Shown here piece after piece: positions 62,145 through 64,000 of a stretch of 64,000 nt of DNA. Numbering within the stretch: position 1 is the stretch's first letter; each line of letters starts with the position of its first letter. The notes beneath the pieces are model-generated. The model worked only from the letters and a program-made list of their open reading frames with translations. It was not told the origin of the DNA and did not search any database. The translations under genes were made by a program, and so were the position numbers. The DNA is from Macrostomum hystrix (taxonomy: Eukaryota; Animalia; Platyhelminthes): positions 9,424,001-9,488,000 of the forward strand of contig CATNEN010000038.1 in NCBI GenBank assembly GCA_950097015.1, written 5' to 3'.

Positions 62145-62510
62145 CCCCTATGGATTCATTTAATTTGAGCCTCAAGAGTGACCTCGGGCTGCATTTCTAT
62201 AGCCTCGGCTTCGCCTCGGCCAATAAATGAATAATATTCCCTATTTATTTTGTTAATGAGTGGGGAATATGATATGTATCCCTAACTTGAAACGGGCAAA
62301 CGGACGAGGTCAGAAAATTCATTGATTATTGACTCGTACGCTCGTTTAATTCTGTTTGTCTATGCTTGTGTTATAGTTCTGTGTTATACTAGTTAATTTA
62401 TTTGCATCGAGCAAAGTGAAATAAATAATTTATTGCACTAGTGCAAATAGACCAAAAGCTTAAAAACATAGACAACTGCCCGGGGCAAGTGGGGGATACA
62501 TCCATAGGGG
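62145..62510. mobile_element. Small inverted-repeat element (CCCCTATGGAT...ATCCATAGGGG) flanked by TAATA
   Basis: 11-bp TIRs; TAATA (or TA) on both sides; internal hairpin cctcggcttcgcctcgg. Confidence 0.55.
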
Positions 62511-63503
62511 TAATACCATATACTTATCGTGCTAAAATGCAATCCTTACTTCCTGCAAATATTGTCATAGTCTATGGTCTAAACACTTTTAAAGCAATTG
62601 CATTGAACTGTCAATTCTAATTTTATCTGACTATTTCCTATTAGTAACTATTTATTCCTATATAATTATTTATAATTATTAGTATAATTTACTAACAGTA
62701 TTAAAGTGGGGAGCGCATTCGGAAGGCTGAAAGTCTAGCACAAATAAGCATTAAGCAACACCGGAAATCATACAGGCGCAACAGGCCCTATTAGGCGCCC
62801 AGTGATGAAAATCTAAGCATTTACCTGTGTATTTTTCATATTTTAACATACAGAAAGAGGAAAACTGGCTAGGCATTGCTCACAGCATACACACAAGGCC
62901 TAGCCTGGTGAAACTCGAATTAACATATTAAATAAACAGTAAGCAAATACAAAAACTAAGACTGGTAACAAACTAGTGACATGCTAGAATTACGAGATCA
63001 ATGTATTTTACTGGATGAGTTGTACAATTAAAGATTAACTTCAATTAGAACCCGTACTTACGTTCATAGGCTTCATCTTATAATAAATGCTGTGCATTGT
63101 TCTGCTAAGAAGAACCAATTATAAGTGGATATAACTGAAACAGAACATTGGCCTACTATCGACTGGACATAAAACCCGCCCGAGCGAGCGGCGAGAAGAA
63201 ATTTGGGATCTTAAATCGAATTAACAAATCAGACAGTTTAAATGCAGGAGAAGCAAGTTTGTTATTAAACAACTGAAGTTATGAATATAGCATATATAGG
63301 CAGTATTATGCCTGCATTGATTCAGAGGCTGCAGAGCTAATATGATTTACAGTTTCAACAGCAGCAATCATATTATAGCGAAATTCACTATGCACTCTAT
63401 ACTTACTACTTACGAACCCAGCTAGAAGAAGTTAGAAGCGCATCTTTTAAGTTACGTCGAAACGCAAATAGGCAATTTATCAGCAAGCAGACGAACGCAG
63501 CGC

Positions 63504-64000
63504 TCAGGAGGTCTTTTTGAAGTTGCGCAGGATGGGATAAATATTATTAAAGGCTTCATAGATCTCCTCGCGCACCTTGGCGCCAGTGAGTACCACTTTG
63601 CCAGACACGAATACCAGCAGTACAATCTTGGGCTTCACCATGCGATAGATGAGGCCGGGAAATAGCTCCGGTTCGTAGCTGGAGAACTGAGCATAGGACA
63701 GCACCAGACCCTCCAGCCGGATTGGGAAGCGCACGTCGCAGGAGCCGACCATGTTCTGAATCTTGAAGTCGGTGAACTTGGCCGGGAAGTCCAGCTTCTG
63801 GATGATGCGGGCGTACTTTCTGGCGGCTAGCTTAGCCTGCTCCTCGCTCTTGGCGCCGGTGCAGACCATCTTGCCAGAGGAGAAGATCAAGGCGGTGGTG
63901 CGCGGATCGCGGATTCGCATGATGACAGCGGCGAAACGTTTCGGATTGTATTCAGCATTCCTGGCGTGCAGGGCGATCTTCTTCAGATCCAGCTTGCAAC
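63504..64000 (-). CDS. TBP: TATA-binding protein, C-terminal core (5' part outside window)
   Basis: [82 protein letters not shown]. Confidence 0.97.
   Translation of the reverse strand, partial: CKLDLKKIALHARNAEYNPKRFAAVIMRIRDPRTTALIFSSGKMVCTGAKSEEQAKLAARKYARIIQKLDFPAKFTDFKIQNMVGSCDVRFPIRLEGLVLSYAQFSSYEPELFPGLIYRMVKPKIVLLVFVSGKVVLTGAKVREEIYEAFNNIYPILRNFKKTS

Overview
Eukaryotic (animal) genomic DNA with GT-AG introns. The GC-rich coding exons, minisatellite-filled introns and SINE content resemble a free-living flatworm such as Macrostomum; this is an inference, not proven. Conserved genes reconstructed by hand: the 3' part of MAU2/Scc4, an SLC25A45/29-like mitochondrial carrier, a DUF1647-like type II membrane protein, an FBXO21-like F-box/YccV protein, a MORC (GHKL-S5-CW-coiled coil) gene and the 3' end of TBP. 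The accessory content is more interesting. It includes an intronless 10-Cys secreted peptide gene bracketed by two related 29-bp minisatellite arrays, and a three-exon death-domain-only gene missed by the ORF track. A ~20-kb same-strand cluster (32.4-52.2 kb) encodes single-pass membrane proteins with related transmembrane exons: a CUB pseudogene, a 9-CUB receptor with Tyr motifs, and two paralogous furin-site/EGF-EGF proteins. An intronless orphan ORF follows the cluster. Mobile DNA comprises two tRNA-derived SINE families (one CORE-like), a hAT MITE with a perfect 8-bp TSD, other inverted-repeat elements, mariner relics and a probable LTR. All exon coordinates were read by eye and need RNA-seq confirmation.
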